Made by a program: the position numbers and the translations under genes
Shown here: piece by piece, positions 15,453 to 23,318 of the stretch
Layout: every line of letters begins with the position of its first letter
How positions within the stretch are numbered: the first letter of the stretch is position 1
From: Elusimicrobiota bacterium
GTDB taxonomy: Bacteria > Elusimicrobiota > Elusimicrobia > F11
Reading direction: 5' to 3'
Assembly: GCA_044221725.1 (NCBI GenBank)
Contig: JBGAON010000001.1
Span: forward strand, 384,001 to 448,000
DNA: 64,000 nucleotides
Notes under the pieces: generated by a model
Seen by the model: only the letters and a program-made list of their open reading frames with translations
Database searches by the model: none
What the model was told of the DNA's origin: nothing

Positions 15453-16288
15453 AGCGCGGCGGAGAAAAAGTCGGCAACCCGTTTTTCGTATTCCGCGCCT
15501 TTTTTTCTTTTGCATTCCAAGTGGCCCGCGCCGTCGATCACCCACAGCTCGTACGGCTTTTTGGCCTTTGTCGCGAGTTCGTCCGTCATCCAGCCAGGAA
15601 CCACGTTGTCCGCTGTTCCATGAATGAAAAGTGTTGGGCGCGGTGAAATTTTTCCAACGAATTTCCAAGGGTCGTACGTCGTTCCAAGAAAAAGCGGATA
15701 GATCGGATAAAGAATCCACGTGAACACGGAACGCTTGAGAACATCGCGCGCGATCGAGCGGTACGAATAGAACGGAGACTCGAGGACGACGGCTTTCACC
15801 AGCGGCTCTTTCGCAGCGACCACCGTTGCGACCGAGGCTCCAAGAGATTGGCCGAGAAGTACCACTCCCGCTGCTCCAGGACGGCGATGCGCCTCGGCCC
15901 ATCGAATCGCTGCAATACCATCGTCGATTGTATTCTTTGGAGAAACCCGTCCCTCGGACCCGCCGTAACCTTGATAGTCCACAACAAGCACATCGAATCC
16001 GTGCGTCGTCAGGTATTGGGATTGCATGTAATGACACGACACATTTCCAAAGTTACCGTGGAGATGAACGACGGTCCCTTTCGGCGGGCCTGGTGTCTTA
16101 AACAAGATGGCGCTTAGCGTTTTTCCGTTCAGGCTGGGGATTTCGAGCGTGTCGTACCAAATGCCTTGATTTTTCGGATCGGAATATAGGTGGCGGTTTG
16201 GCAGGTAAAAGAAGCGCGCGGGTGTGCAGGCCGAACAGAAGGCGAAAATTAAGGCCAAAATCGGGCGGAAACGCCAATTTGTGTGCAT
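15443..16288 (-). CDS. Alpha/beta hydrolase (YfhR/ABHD-like), probable lipoprotein
   Basis: HLHGNFGN, DYQGYGGSEG, nucleophile GQSLG, IHGTADNVVP and GAGH. Lipobox-like AFCSAC after ATG 16288. Confidence 0.88.
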   Translation of the reverse strand: MHTNWRFRPILALIFAFCSACTPARFFYLPNRHLYSDPKNQGIWYDTLEIPSLNGKTLSAILFKTPGPPKGTVVHLHGNFGNVSCHYMQSQYLTTHGFDVLVVDYQGYGGSEGRVSPKNTIDDGIAAIRWAEAHRRPGAAGVVLLGQSLGASVATVVAAKEPLVKAVVLESPFYSYRSIARDVLKRSVFTWILYPIYPLFLGTTYDPWKFVGKISPRPTLFIHGTADNVVPGWMTDELATKAKKPYELWVIDGAGHLECKRKKGAEYEKRVADFFSAALQK

Positions 16289-16305
16289 AGGATTTTTCGA
16301 AGTTG

Positions 16306-16314
16306 TGATATAAT
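16306..16314 (+). promoter_or_regulatory. Extended -10 promoter element (TGnTATAAT) for the yggS-priA operon
   Basis: TGATATAAT at 16306-16314, in the short divergent gap just upstream of yggS. Confidence 0.55.
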
Positions 16315-16323
16315 CCTCGGGCT

Positions 16324-17052
16324 TTGTCAACCCCATCTTTTGGCGGAACGCCTCCGCGTCCCTCGCTCCAAGATCGATATCGAGAGATCAACGAAAGAAT
16401 AAGGAAGGCCGCGGAAAAATCCGGGCGGCCCGCCTCTTCCGTTTGTTTGGTGGCAGTGACGAAAACGGTATCAGCGAATCAAATCATCGAAGCGGCGGCG
16501 CTGAATATCAGTGATTTCGGGGAGAACAAAGTGCAAGAGGCTGCAGAGAAGCGACCTCAAATGGTGGCGATGCCAACCGGCGTTCGCTACCACATGATTG
16601 GTTCCTTGCAGACGAACAAAGCTCGAAAAGCGGTCGAACTTTTTGACGTGATCCAATCGGTGGATCGACCAAAGTTGGCACAGGCCTTGGACAGGATTGC
16701 TGGAGAACTTGGTAAGAAGCAGCGGTGCTTGATTGAAGTGAAAATTTCGAACGAGCCGACGAAAGGAGGCATCGCGTTGGACGATGCACCGAGATTCATC
16801 GATAGTTTTTCGTTGTACACAAATTTGGAATTGCAGGGTCTCATGACAATTGGCGAATTGGACGCATCCGCCGACCGCACGCGGGAGTCGTTTCGAAAAA
16901 TGAAGGATCTGTTTGATCTGAAAAAGTCGCTTTTGGGCTCGGCTCCGGTTCTTTCGATGGGAATGTCCGACGATTTTGAAATGGCCGTTGAAGAGGGATC
17001 GACGATGGTCCGCATTGGACGCGCACTTTTTGGTGAGAGAGAAAGAAATTGA
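16324..17052 (+). CDS. yggS: Pyridoxal phosphate homeostasis protein (YggS/PLPBP)
   Basis: LVAVTKT, FGENKVQE, HMIGSLQTNKA and LSMGMSDDFEMAVEEGSTMVRIGRALFG. Exact start uncertain. Confidence 0.95.
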   Translation: MSTPSFGGTPPRPSLQDRYREINERIRKAAEKSGRPASSVCLVAVTKTVSANQIIEAAALNISDFGENKVQEAAEKRPQMVAMPTGVRYHMIGSLQTNKARKAVELFDVIQSVDRPKLAQALDRIAGELGKKQRCLIEVKISNEPTKGGIALDDAPRFIDSFSLYTNLELQGLMTIGELDASADRTRESFRKMKDLFDLKKSLLGSAPVLSMGMSDDFEMAVEEGSTMVRIGRALFGERERN

Positions 17053-17855
17053 TGATTGGTTTTATCGGATTCGGCCGAATGGGACGTGCGTTGGCGCAGG
17101 GCGCTGTGGCAGCAAATGTTGTTAAGCCGAAAGAAATTTGTGGTTTTGATCAAGAGGCCAAGGCGTTAGCGGTCCTCAAAAAGTTGGGTGGACTGGCTTT
17201 GAAAGATAACGCCACCGTTGTCGCTAAGTCCGATATCGTTTTCTTGTGCGTGAAGCCTCAGGGCATGAAAGAGGCGTTGGCTTCTATCCAGCGCCCCGGT
17301 ACAAATTTGAAGTCCAAATGTTTTGTTTCAATCGCGGCCGGAATACCGATTTCTCGATTGGAAAACTGGATTGGAAAGGGCGTCGCGGTTTTTCGTGTGA
17401 TGCCGAACACGCCGGCTCTGTTGAGCGCGGGAATGAGCGCGGTGAGCCGCGGAAAATTTGGTAGCGCCTCCCAGGAGAGGCAGATTCGCAAGATTTTGTC
17501 GTCCGTCGGCGATGTGGTGAATCTGCCAGAGAAGTTTATGGATGCGGTGACAGCGGTGTCCGGGTCGGGTCCCGCCTATGTTTTTTATTTGGCGGAGTCG
17601 ATGATCGCGGGGGCCCGCCGGCTCGGAATGAGTGCGGATATCGCGCGACGGCTTGTGAACCAAACAATTTTTGGCAGTGGCAAAATGTTGATCCGTCGTC
17701 AGGAATCGGCGGAAGAGCTTCGTCGTCAAGTGACATCTCCTGGCGGAACAACCGCCGCAGCCATCGCGCACTTCGAATCGAAAGATTGGAAGAAAATCGT
17801 AGAAGACGCCGTGAAATGTGCGGCGCAGCGGTCAGCGCAACTAGCAAAAACGTAA
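17052..17855 (+). CDS. proC: Pyrroline-5-carboxylate reductase
   Basis: IGFIGFGRMG, RVMPNTP, TAVSGSGPAY and VTSPGGTT. TGATG overlap with yggS. Confidence 0.96.
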   Translation: MIGFIGFGRMGRALAQGAVAANVVKPKEICGFDQEAKALAVLKKLGGLALKDNATVVAKSDIVFLCVKPQGMKEALASIQRPGTNLKSKCFVSIAAGIPISRLENWIGKGVAVFRVMPNTPALLSAGMSAVSRGKFGSASQERQIRKILSSVGDVVNLPEKFMDAVTAVSGSGPAYVFYLAESMIAGARRLGMSADIARRLVNQTIFGSGKMLIRRQESAEELRRQVTSPGGTTAAAIAHFESKDWKKIVEDAVKCAAQRSAQLAKT

Positions 17856-17870
17856 CAAAGGGATAGGAAA

Positions 17871-18134
17871 ATGATTATTCGAGTGAGAGTTATTCCAAAC
17901 GCCAAGCATTCGGAAGTAATGGGCCGCGTCGGTTCCATTGTTCGTGTGCGCGTGGCGGCTCGTGCCGTCGAAGGGGAAGCCAATGAAGAACTTCTTGAGT
18001 TCCTTGCAGAATTTTTCGGCGTAAAGAAAAACGGTGTTTCAATTCTTCGAGGTGAGAAGGGAAAAGAAAAAACGGTTCAGATCGAAGGCCGCCCCGAACA
18101 CGAGCTCGAAGAGATAATGGAAGCAATTCCTTAA
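17871..18134 (+). CDS. yggU: DUF167 / YggU family protein
   Basis: IRVRVIPNAK, A.AVEGEANEELLEFLAEFFGV and ILRGEKGKEKTVQI; located with yggS and proC. Confidence 0.88.
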   Translation: MIIRVRVIPNAKHSEVMGRVGSIVRVRVAARAVEGEANEELLEFLAEFFGVKKNGVSILRGEKGKEKTVQIEGRPEHELEEIMEAIP

Positions 18135-18146
18135 AAGGAGTTTCAA

Positions 18147-18467
18147 ATGTCGAAAACCACAATAGACAAAAGCAAAGCCGATCTGCCCGTCGAAGCCCTC
18201 ATGCTCGAGTGCGTAAAGGATCGTTACAAACTTTCTTACGCGGCGCTTCGTTGGGCGAAAGAAATTAAGCAGAAAGAAAATTTGCCAGACACTATTCCGG
18301 TGCTCGTGCTGCGAGCCATGCGCGATATTCTCGTCGGCAAAGTATCAGTAAAAGAAGTTGAAAAACTTCCTTATCTGACGAAGGTTCCGACGCCAGCGCC
18401 GGCGGCACCAACCACGCCAACGATCACATTAAACACGTCCGAAGAAACGAGCTCGAAAGCGGAATAA
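18147..18467 (+). CDS. rpoZ: Probable RNA polymerase omega subunit
   Basis: DRYKL...A...AKEI...A(M)RDI..GKV pattern. Position before coaBC-priA matches the conserved rpoZ context. AAGGAG RBS. Confidence 0.6.
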   Translation: MSKTTIDKSKADLPVEALMLECVKDRYKLSYAALRWAKEIKQKENLPDTIPVLVLRAMRDILVGKVSVKEVEKLPYLTKVPTPAPAAPTTPTITLNTSEETSSKAE

Positions 18468-18470
18468 TCC

Positions 18471-19016
18471 GTGTCAAATTCCGGTAAGCGAATACTTCTT
18501 GGCGTTACCGGAAGTATCGCGGCCGTGAAGACGCCCGAACTCGTTCGACTGCTCGTCGATAAAGGTTTCGATGTTCAGTGCGTGCTCACGAAAGAAGCGA
18601 AGGAATTCGTGGCGCCTCTCGCGCTGGCCACGTTCAGTGGAAAGCCGGCGGTATGGGAAATGTTTGGGCCCGACGCGTACAAGATGCCGCACATATCCTT
18701 TGCTGAAAAAGCCGATCTCATGCTCATTGCGCCCGCAAGTACGACCACGCTGGCGCGTTGCGCTCACGGTACAGCCGAAGATATGGTGAGCCTTTGCTAC
18801 GTTACGACCGACGCGCCGGTTGTTGTGGCGCCGGCCATGCATCCGACCATGTGGGAGCACGCGGCAACGCAAACGAACGTAAAAACTTTACGCGACCGCG
18901 GTGTTAAGTTTGTTGGCCCTTATGTTGGTCCGTTGGCCGACAAAACGCGCGGCGAAGGCCGCATGAGCGAGCCGGAAGAAATTGTGCAGGTCGTGGCAAA
19001 GATTTTAAAAAAGTGA
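18471..19016 (+). CDS. coaC: Phosphopantothenoylcysteine decarboxylase (CoaC half of CoaBC)
   Basis: ILLGVTGSIAAVK, HIS.AEKADLMLIAPAS, APAMHPTMW and GEGRMSEPEEI. Confidence 0.92.
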   Translation: MSNSGKRILLGVTGSIAAVKTPELVRLLVDKGFDVQCVLTKEAKEFVAPLALATFSGKPAVWEMFGPDAYKMPHISFAEKADLMLIAPASTTTLARCAHGTAEDMVSLCYVTTDAPVVVAPAMHPTMWEHAATQTNVKTLRDRGVKFVGPYVGPLADKTRGEGRMSEPEEIVQVVAKILKK

Positions 19017-19678
19017 AACGTACGCCGTCGCGGCGGCTCAACGTTTTAATAACTGCCGGACCGACGCGCGAATGGATGGACCCGGTTCGATTCCTCTCCA
19101 ATCCATCGACCGGGAAAATGGGACTTGTTCTTGCCGACGTTCTAGCGCAACGCGGCGCGGACGTGACGTTGGTTCTTGGTCCTACTCCGCTGCAACCTTC
19201 CCAAAAAATCAAAACAATCCGAGTCGAATCCGCGCTTCAAATGGCTCGGGCTGTCAAAAAAAACTCTCCCGGGATCGATGCGTTCATCGGAACCGCCGCG
19301 GTGGGGGATTGGCGATTTAAAGCAATTCGTTTTTCCAAAATAAAAAAAACAAAATCCGCCACACGAACGGTTGCGCTCGTTAAAAATCCCGACATTCTCG
19401 CTTCGGTCCGCGCTCCGATAAAAATCGGTTTCTCATTGGAAACAGCGGCGCTTCGCGCTCATGCCGAAGAAAAGCTCCGTAAGAAAAATTTGGATCTCAT
19501 CATTGCGAATGAACCCGCTTCGTTTGGCCACGATTCAATCCGCGGATTGTGGATCGAGCGGGCGGGGCAAGCGAAGAAATTTCCGTCGATGACGAAGAAA
19601 ACTCTGTCGCGAAAAATTGCACAATGGCTGGAGTTGCGATGGAAGAAGAAAATTTCGAAACATTTGTTGCTGATTTAA
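19013..19678 (+). CDS. coaB: Phosphopantothenate-cysteine ligase (CoaB half of CoaBC)
   Basis: VLITAGPTREWMDPVRFLSNPSTGKMG, AAVGDW, NPDIL, GFSLET and KLRKKNLDLIIAN. GTGA overlap with coaC. Confidence 0.92.
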   Translation: MKRTPSRRLNVLITAGPTREWMDPVRFLSNPSTGKMGLVLADVLAQRGADVTLVLGPTPLQPSQKIKTIRVESALQMARAVKKNSPGIDAFIGTAAVGDWRFKAIRFSKIKKTKSATRTVALVKNPDILASVRAPIKIGFSLETAALRAHAEEKLRKKNLDLIIANEPASFGHDSIRGLWIERAGQAKKFPSMTKKTLSRKIAQWLELRWKKKISKHLLLI

Positions 19679-20445
19679 AACATCATCTCCGGGAAAATGA
19701 CGGGGAGATTGTTTATTGGGGTGAACAGATTCAAATCGCCTCTCCCTTAAGGGAGAGATCGGACCGCGAAGCGGGCCGGGAGAGGGAAACCCCGGGATCT
19801 CCCGGGGCCCACCCCTTCGTCCCCTCCCTAAAGGGAGGCGAGAAAGCGCCTTCCTTAGAAATTCTCCGCAAAAATAGCATCGGTGACTGCCATCTCTGTC
19901 CGCTCGGCGATACGCGGATCAAACTTGTGTTTGGTACGGGGAACCCGGAAACGGACGTCATGTTTGTTGGCGAAGGCCCAGGTTACGACGAAGATCGCAA
20001 AGGCGAGCCCTTCGTCGGAAAAGCCGGGCAGTTGCTCGATAAAATTATGGGTGCGATTGGTCTTGATCGCACCAAGGTTTACATCGCGAATATTGTGAAG
20101 TGTCATCCGATGGTGGATGCGTCGCAACCCGAGAAACGCGGCAACGATCGCCCCCCGGCTCCCGAAGAGATAGAGAAGTGTCGTCCCTTCTTAATCGAAC
20201 AAATCAAGATCATCCAACCGAAAATTATCGTGACGCTGGGCGGCACCGCAACAAAAGCGTTGCTGCGAACCAATCAGGGCATTACCGCGGCGCGCGGAAA
20301 ACTTTTTGATTTGTCGGTTGATGAATCAACGCCACCAATTAAAGTGCTGCCAACATTTCACCCGGCGGCGCTGCTTCGCGATGAAACCCTGAAGAAGCCC
20401 GTGTGGGAAGACATGAAGCTTCTCAGAAATCTTTTAGAAAAATGA
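19639..20445 (+). CDS. Uracil-DNA glycosylase family 4 (Fe-S cluster type)
   Basis: CHLCPL, VMFVGEGPG.DED..GEPFVGKAGQLL, YIANIVKC and TFHPAALLR. GGAG RBS before ATG 19639. Confidence 0.93.
   Translation: MEEENFETFVADLKHHLRENDGEIVYWGEQIQIASPLRERSDREAGRERETPGSPGAHPFVPSLKGGEKAPSLEILRKNSIGDCHLCPLGDTRIKLVFGTGNPETDVMFVGEGPGYDEDRKGEPFVGKAGQLLDKIMGAIGLDRTKVYIANIVKCHPMVDASQPEKRGNDRPPAPEEIEKCRPFLIEQIKIIQPKIIVTLGGTATKALLRTNQGITAARGKLFDLSVDESTPPIKVLPTFHPAALLRDETLKKPVWEDMKLLRNLLEK
19736..19841. repeat. Palindromic REP-like element (CCCTCTCCC/GGGAGAGGG class) read in frame in the UDG N-terminal linker
   Basis: Perfect palindrome tctcccttaagggaga (19741-19756). Further hairpins ccgc-gaa-gcgg, ccccggga-tc-tcccgggg and cctccct-aa-agggagg, with roughly inverted ends tcgcct...aggcga. 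Confidence 0.6.
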
Positions 20446-22436
20446 TTTTTGAAGTTGCTCTGCCGGTCCCCGTTCCGAAAACGTTTGATTATCTCCCTCC
20501 GGATCACTTTGTAACCGACGATCCAATTGTGGGGCGACGCGTGAAAGTTCTGTTCGGCCCCCGCCCGCTCACGGGCGTGATTGTTTCCAGTAAAAAAGAA
20601 TCCGCCGCCCCGGTTTCCCAGCTTAAGCACGCACTTTCGGTGCTTGATCATGATCCGGTGCTCGACGAAAATCTGCTTCGGCTCGGACAATGGCTTGCGC
20701 GGCGATACGTGTGTTCGCTTGGCGAAGCGCTCAACTTCTTGCTTCCACCCGCCGCCGGTTCCGACAAAAGGAACTCCACTAGCGATGACATCCACTTTTA
20801 TGGGACGGATTTTCATGCGCCGATAGAGAAACCCGAATTTGTTTTAACGGGCGAACAAAATGCCGCTATTTCGACGATTCATGATTCGATTTACTCAACA
20901 GGCAACGACGCTTTCCTGTTGCGCGGCGTATCGGCGGCCGGCAAAACAGAAGTGTATATGGCGGCGATTAAAGATGTTCTTGCGCAGGGGAAATCCGCAC
21001 TTTACCTGGCGCCCGAAATTGGGCTTGTCAACTTTATTGCGGAAATTCTCAAACAGAAATTTGGACACGAAAAAGTGTGTGTGTATCACAGCGGCCGAAC
21101 AGCGGCCGAGCGTCGGGAAGATTGGTGGCGCATCAAACGCGGGGATATTCGCATTGTGGTGGGTGCCCGTGCCGCGGCCTTGTTGCCGATGAAAGATCTG
21201 GGCGTCATCGTTGTGGACGAAGAACACGAATCCGCTTGGAAAGAAGACCGGAAACCCCGTTTTCATGCACGCGATGTGGCGCTTGCGCGTAGCCGGATTG
21301 AAAACGCCACGGTTGTTTTTGGCAGCGCCACTCCAAGTTTGGAAATAATTCTCGAGGCCAAAGAAGGTCGCGTGCGCTTGCTGGAAATGAACGAACGCGC
21401 TGTGCGAACATCGACGCCAAGCGTGCGACTCATTGATATGAAAACCGCGAAAGGAAAGGGGATTTTATCGTACGAACTTGAGAAAGCGATCGGCGAGCGG
21501 TTGCAGCGCAAAGAACAAGTGGTTCTGTTTATTAACCGTCGCGGTTTTCATCGAACGTTGCGATGTCCGAATTGCGAGTGGACCGCGAAGTGCCCCGACT
21601 GTGGTGTGAGTTTGGTCGAACACAAAAACGATTCCGGAATGACGTTGCAATGCCACTACTGCTCAAAAAATTTCCCAATACCGAAAATGTGTCCGGAGTG
21701 CGGACATAAAAAACTTTCAGCGCGAGGGACAGGAACCGAGCGCGTCACCGATGAAATCAAGCAGCGTTTCCCATGGGCCAATGTCGCGCGTTGGGATCGC
21801 GATAGCGTTTCAAAGAAAGGCAGCCAAGAAAAAATTCTGCAGGATTTTAAAGACGAGAAAATTGATGTGCTCGTTGGCACGCAGCTTGTGGCGCAAGGTT
21901 TTCATTTTCCCAAAGTGACCTTGGTCGGCGTGGTCAACGCCGACACATCGTTGCACGTGCCCGATTTCCGTGCCGCTGAGCACACGTTCCAAATTTTGAT
22001 GCAAGTGGCTGGTCGGGCCGGCCGCGATATGGTGGCCGGCGAAGTTCTCATTCAAACCCGGCATGCGGACCACGCGGCGATTCGCGCTGTCGCGACGCTG
22101 GATTTCCAGAAATTTTCAGAAGACGAATTAGGATTTCGACGCGATCTGCTTTATCCACCGTTCACGCATTTGGTCGAAGTTGAAGCGACCGCCAAAGACA
22201 CTGCAAAAACAGAAAAACAAATGAATCAATTTATCGATTGGATCATGAATCGAACGGTGGACGAACCGATCGGTATTTTAGGTCCGGTGCCATCGCGGCG
22301 GAAGCGAAAAGGAATCAGCGGCCAACACGTTTTGTTGAAAGTTCCACTCGCTTCGTTCGACCAGTTTTTAACGGAGCTTCACTCTTTTCTCGTCGATAAA
22401 TCCGCAAAATTCCGCGTCAACGTCGACCCAAATTAA
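20442..22436 (+). CDS. priA: Primosomal protein N' (replication restart helicase)
   Basis: FEVALPVP..FDY, LLRGVSAAGKTEVY, IVVDEEHE, GSATPS, two CxxC zinc-binding pairs, GTQLVAQG and QVAGRAGR. ATGA overlap. Confidence 0.96.
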   Translation: MIFEVALPVPVPKTFDYLPPDHFVTDDPIVGRRVKVLFGPRPLTGVIVSSKKESAAPVSQLKHALSVLDHDPVLDENLLRLGQWLARRYVCSLGEALNFLLPPAAGSDKRNSTSDDIHFYGTDFHAPIEKPEFVLTGEQNAAISTIHDSIYSTGNDAFLLRGVSAAGKTEVYMAAIKDVLAQGKSALYLAPEIGLVNFIAEILKQKFGHEKVCVYHSGRTAAERREDWWRIKRGDIRIVVGARAAALLPMKDLGVIVVDEEHESAWKEDRKPRFHARDVALARSRIENATVVFGSATPSLEIILEAKEGRVRLLEMNERAVRTSTPSVRLIDMKTAKGKGILSYELEKAIGERLQRKEQVVLFINRRGFHRTLRCPNCEWTAKCPDCGVSLVEHKNDSGMTLQCHYCSKNFPIPKMCPECGHKKLSARGTGTERVTDEIKQRFPWANVARWDRDSVSKKGSQEKILQDFKDEKIDVLVGTQLVAQGFHFPKVTLVGVVNADTSLHVPDFRAAEHTFQILMQVAGRAGRDMVAGEVLIQTRHADHAAIRAVATLDFQKFSEDELGFRRDLLYPPFTHLVEVEATAKDTAKTEKQMNQFIDWIMNRTVDEPIGILGPVPSRRKRKGISGQHVLLKVPLASFDQFLTELHSFLVDKSAKFRVNVDPN

Positions 22437-22540
22437 TTTTTTGTCGTCGATCAGCGAAGTTTGACAACCCCAATTTCAATTTGATCAGATGCCGTTCCGG
22501 CCGCACCTCCAGCGAGCCCGCCCCTTCATTGGAGCTTAAA

Positions 22541-22855
22541 ATGCATAACGACCTGACAACCCTTCGCAAAGACGTAGAAACCATCAAATCAACCATGGTA
22601 ACCAAAGACCATTTGGCCCATGAATTGAAGAGATTCGCAACCAAAGACGACCTGAAAAACTTCGCAACCAAAGACGACCTGAAAAACTTCGCAACAAAAA
22701 AGGATCTTAAAGGGTTCGCGACCAAAGAAGATGTTCAGCTCATCATTGAGCATATGGACAGTTTCTTTGTTCGTGGCAATCGCCTTCAAAGCATAGAAGG
22801 CAAAGTCTCTAATCATGAGGCGCGAATATTAGCGCTCGAACAGAGACAGCCTTGA
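22541..22855 (+). CDS. Small coiled-coil protein with FATKDDLKN repeats (DUF1640/Bdr-like pattern)
   Basis: GGAG RBS before ATG 22541, TKD/E-D-L repeats and C-terminal HEARILALE. Confidence 0.65.
   Translation: MHNDLTTLRKDVETIKSTMVTKDHLAHELKRFATKDDLKNFATKDDLKNFATKKDLKGFATKEDVQLIIEHMDSFFVRGNRLQSIEGKVSNHEARILALEQRQP
22634..22741 (+). repeat. 27-bp coding tandem repeat, 4 copies (2 identical, 2 degenerate)
   Basis: ttcgcaaccaaagacgacctgaaaaac at 22634 and 22661; variants at 22688 and 22715. Confidence 0.9.
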
Positions 22856-22864
22856 GAGAGTGCG

Positions 22865-23170
22865 ATGAAGAAAATCAAAAACTCCTCTATTAACAAAAAG
22901 CTGAAGTTGCTTCGCAAAAATATCGAATCGATGGGCCGGATATTGGCCACAAAAAAAGGTACCGCTTCCCTCAAGCGGGGCCTCGATATTACTCGCGAAG
23001 ATATCGACCAAAAATTTCGACGGCTCGCTGTTGAAATTGTGAAAAATAGTTGTGACATTAAAGAGCTCAAAGCGCTGTATTCACCGCTCGAAGAAGTTCG
23101 TGAAAATGTTTGGTTAATGATGGGCCGCCTCGACGCGATGGCCGGAAAAATCGAGCAGCTTAACGAGTAG
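22865..23170 (+). CDS. Small hypothetical coiled-coil protein
   Basis: ORF follows the previous gene by 9 nt with a GAGAG RBS and has heptad-like composition. No family recognised. Confidence 0.5.
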   Translation: MKKIKNSSINKKLKLLRKNIESMGRILATKKGTASLKRGLDITREDIDQKFRRLAVEIVKNSCDIKELKALYSPLEEVRENVWLMMGRLDAMAGKIEQLNE

Positions 23171-23318
23171 CAAAAGACAATCACGAAAATGCCATTCAAA
23201 CGTTGAATCCGACTACGAAATCGAGTTGTTAAATCAAACCAAAATGGCCCCAAATTAAACTTAAAGTCAAATGTAACTTCTTATTGAAATAAGGGCTGCG
23301 GTACTTACATTTATTGTT

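Noticed and set aside
1690..20441. Longer starts given by the ORF track (1690, 2548, 12891, 16336, 17049, 19549, 20403)
   Set aside because: Downstream ATGs have better RBSs, signal peptides or stop/start overlaps (1711, 2566, 12870, 16288, 17052, 19639, 20442).
22461..22490. TTGACA as a sigma70 -35 box for the small coiled-coil genes
   Set aside because: No convincing -10 hexamer lies at 16-18 bp spacing.
22634..22741. 27-bp repeats as a possible CRISPR array
   Set aside because: The repeats are contiguous with no spacers, are in frame in a CDS, and no cas genes are present.
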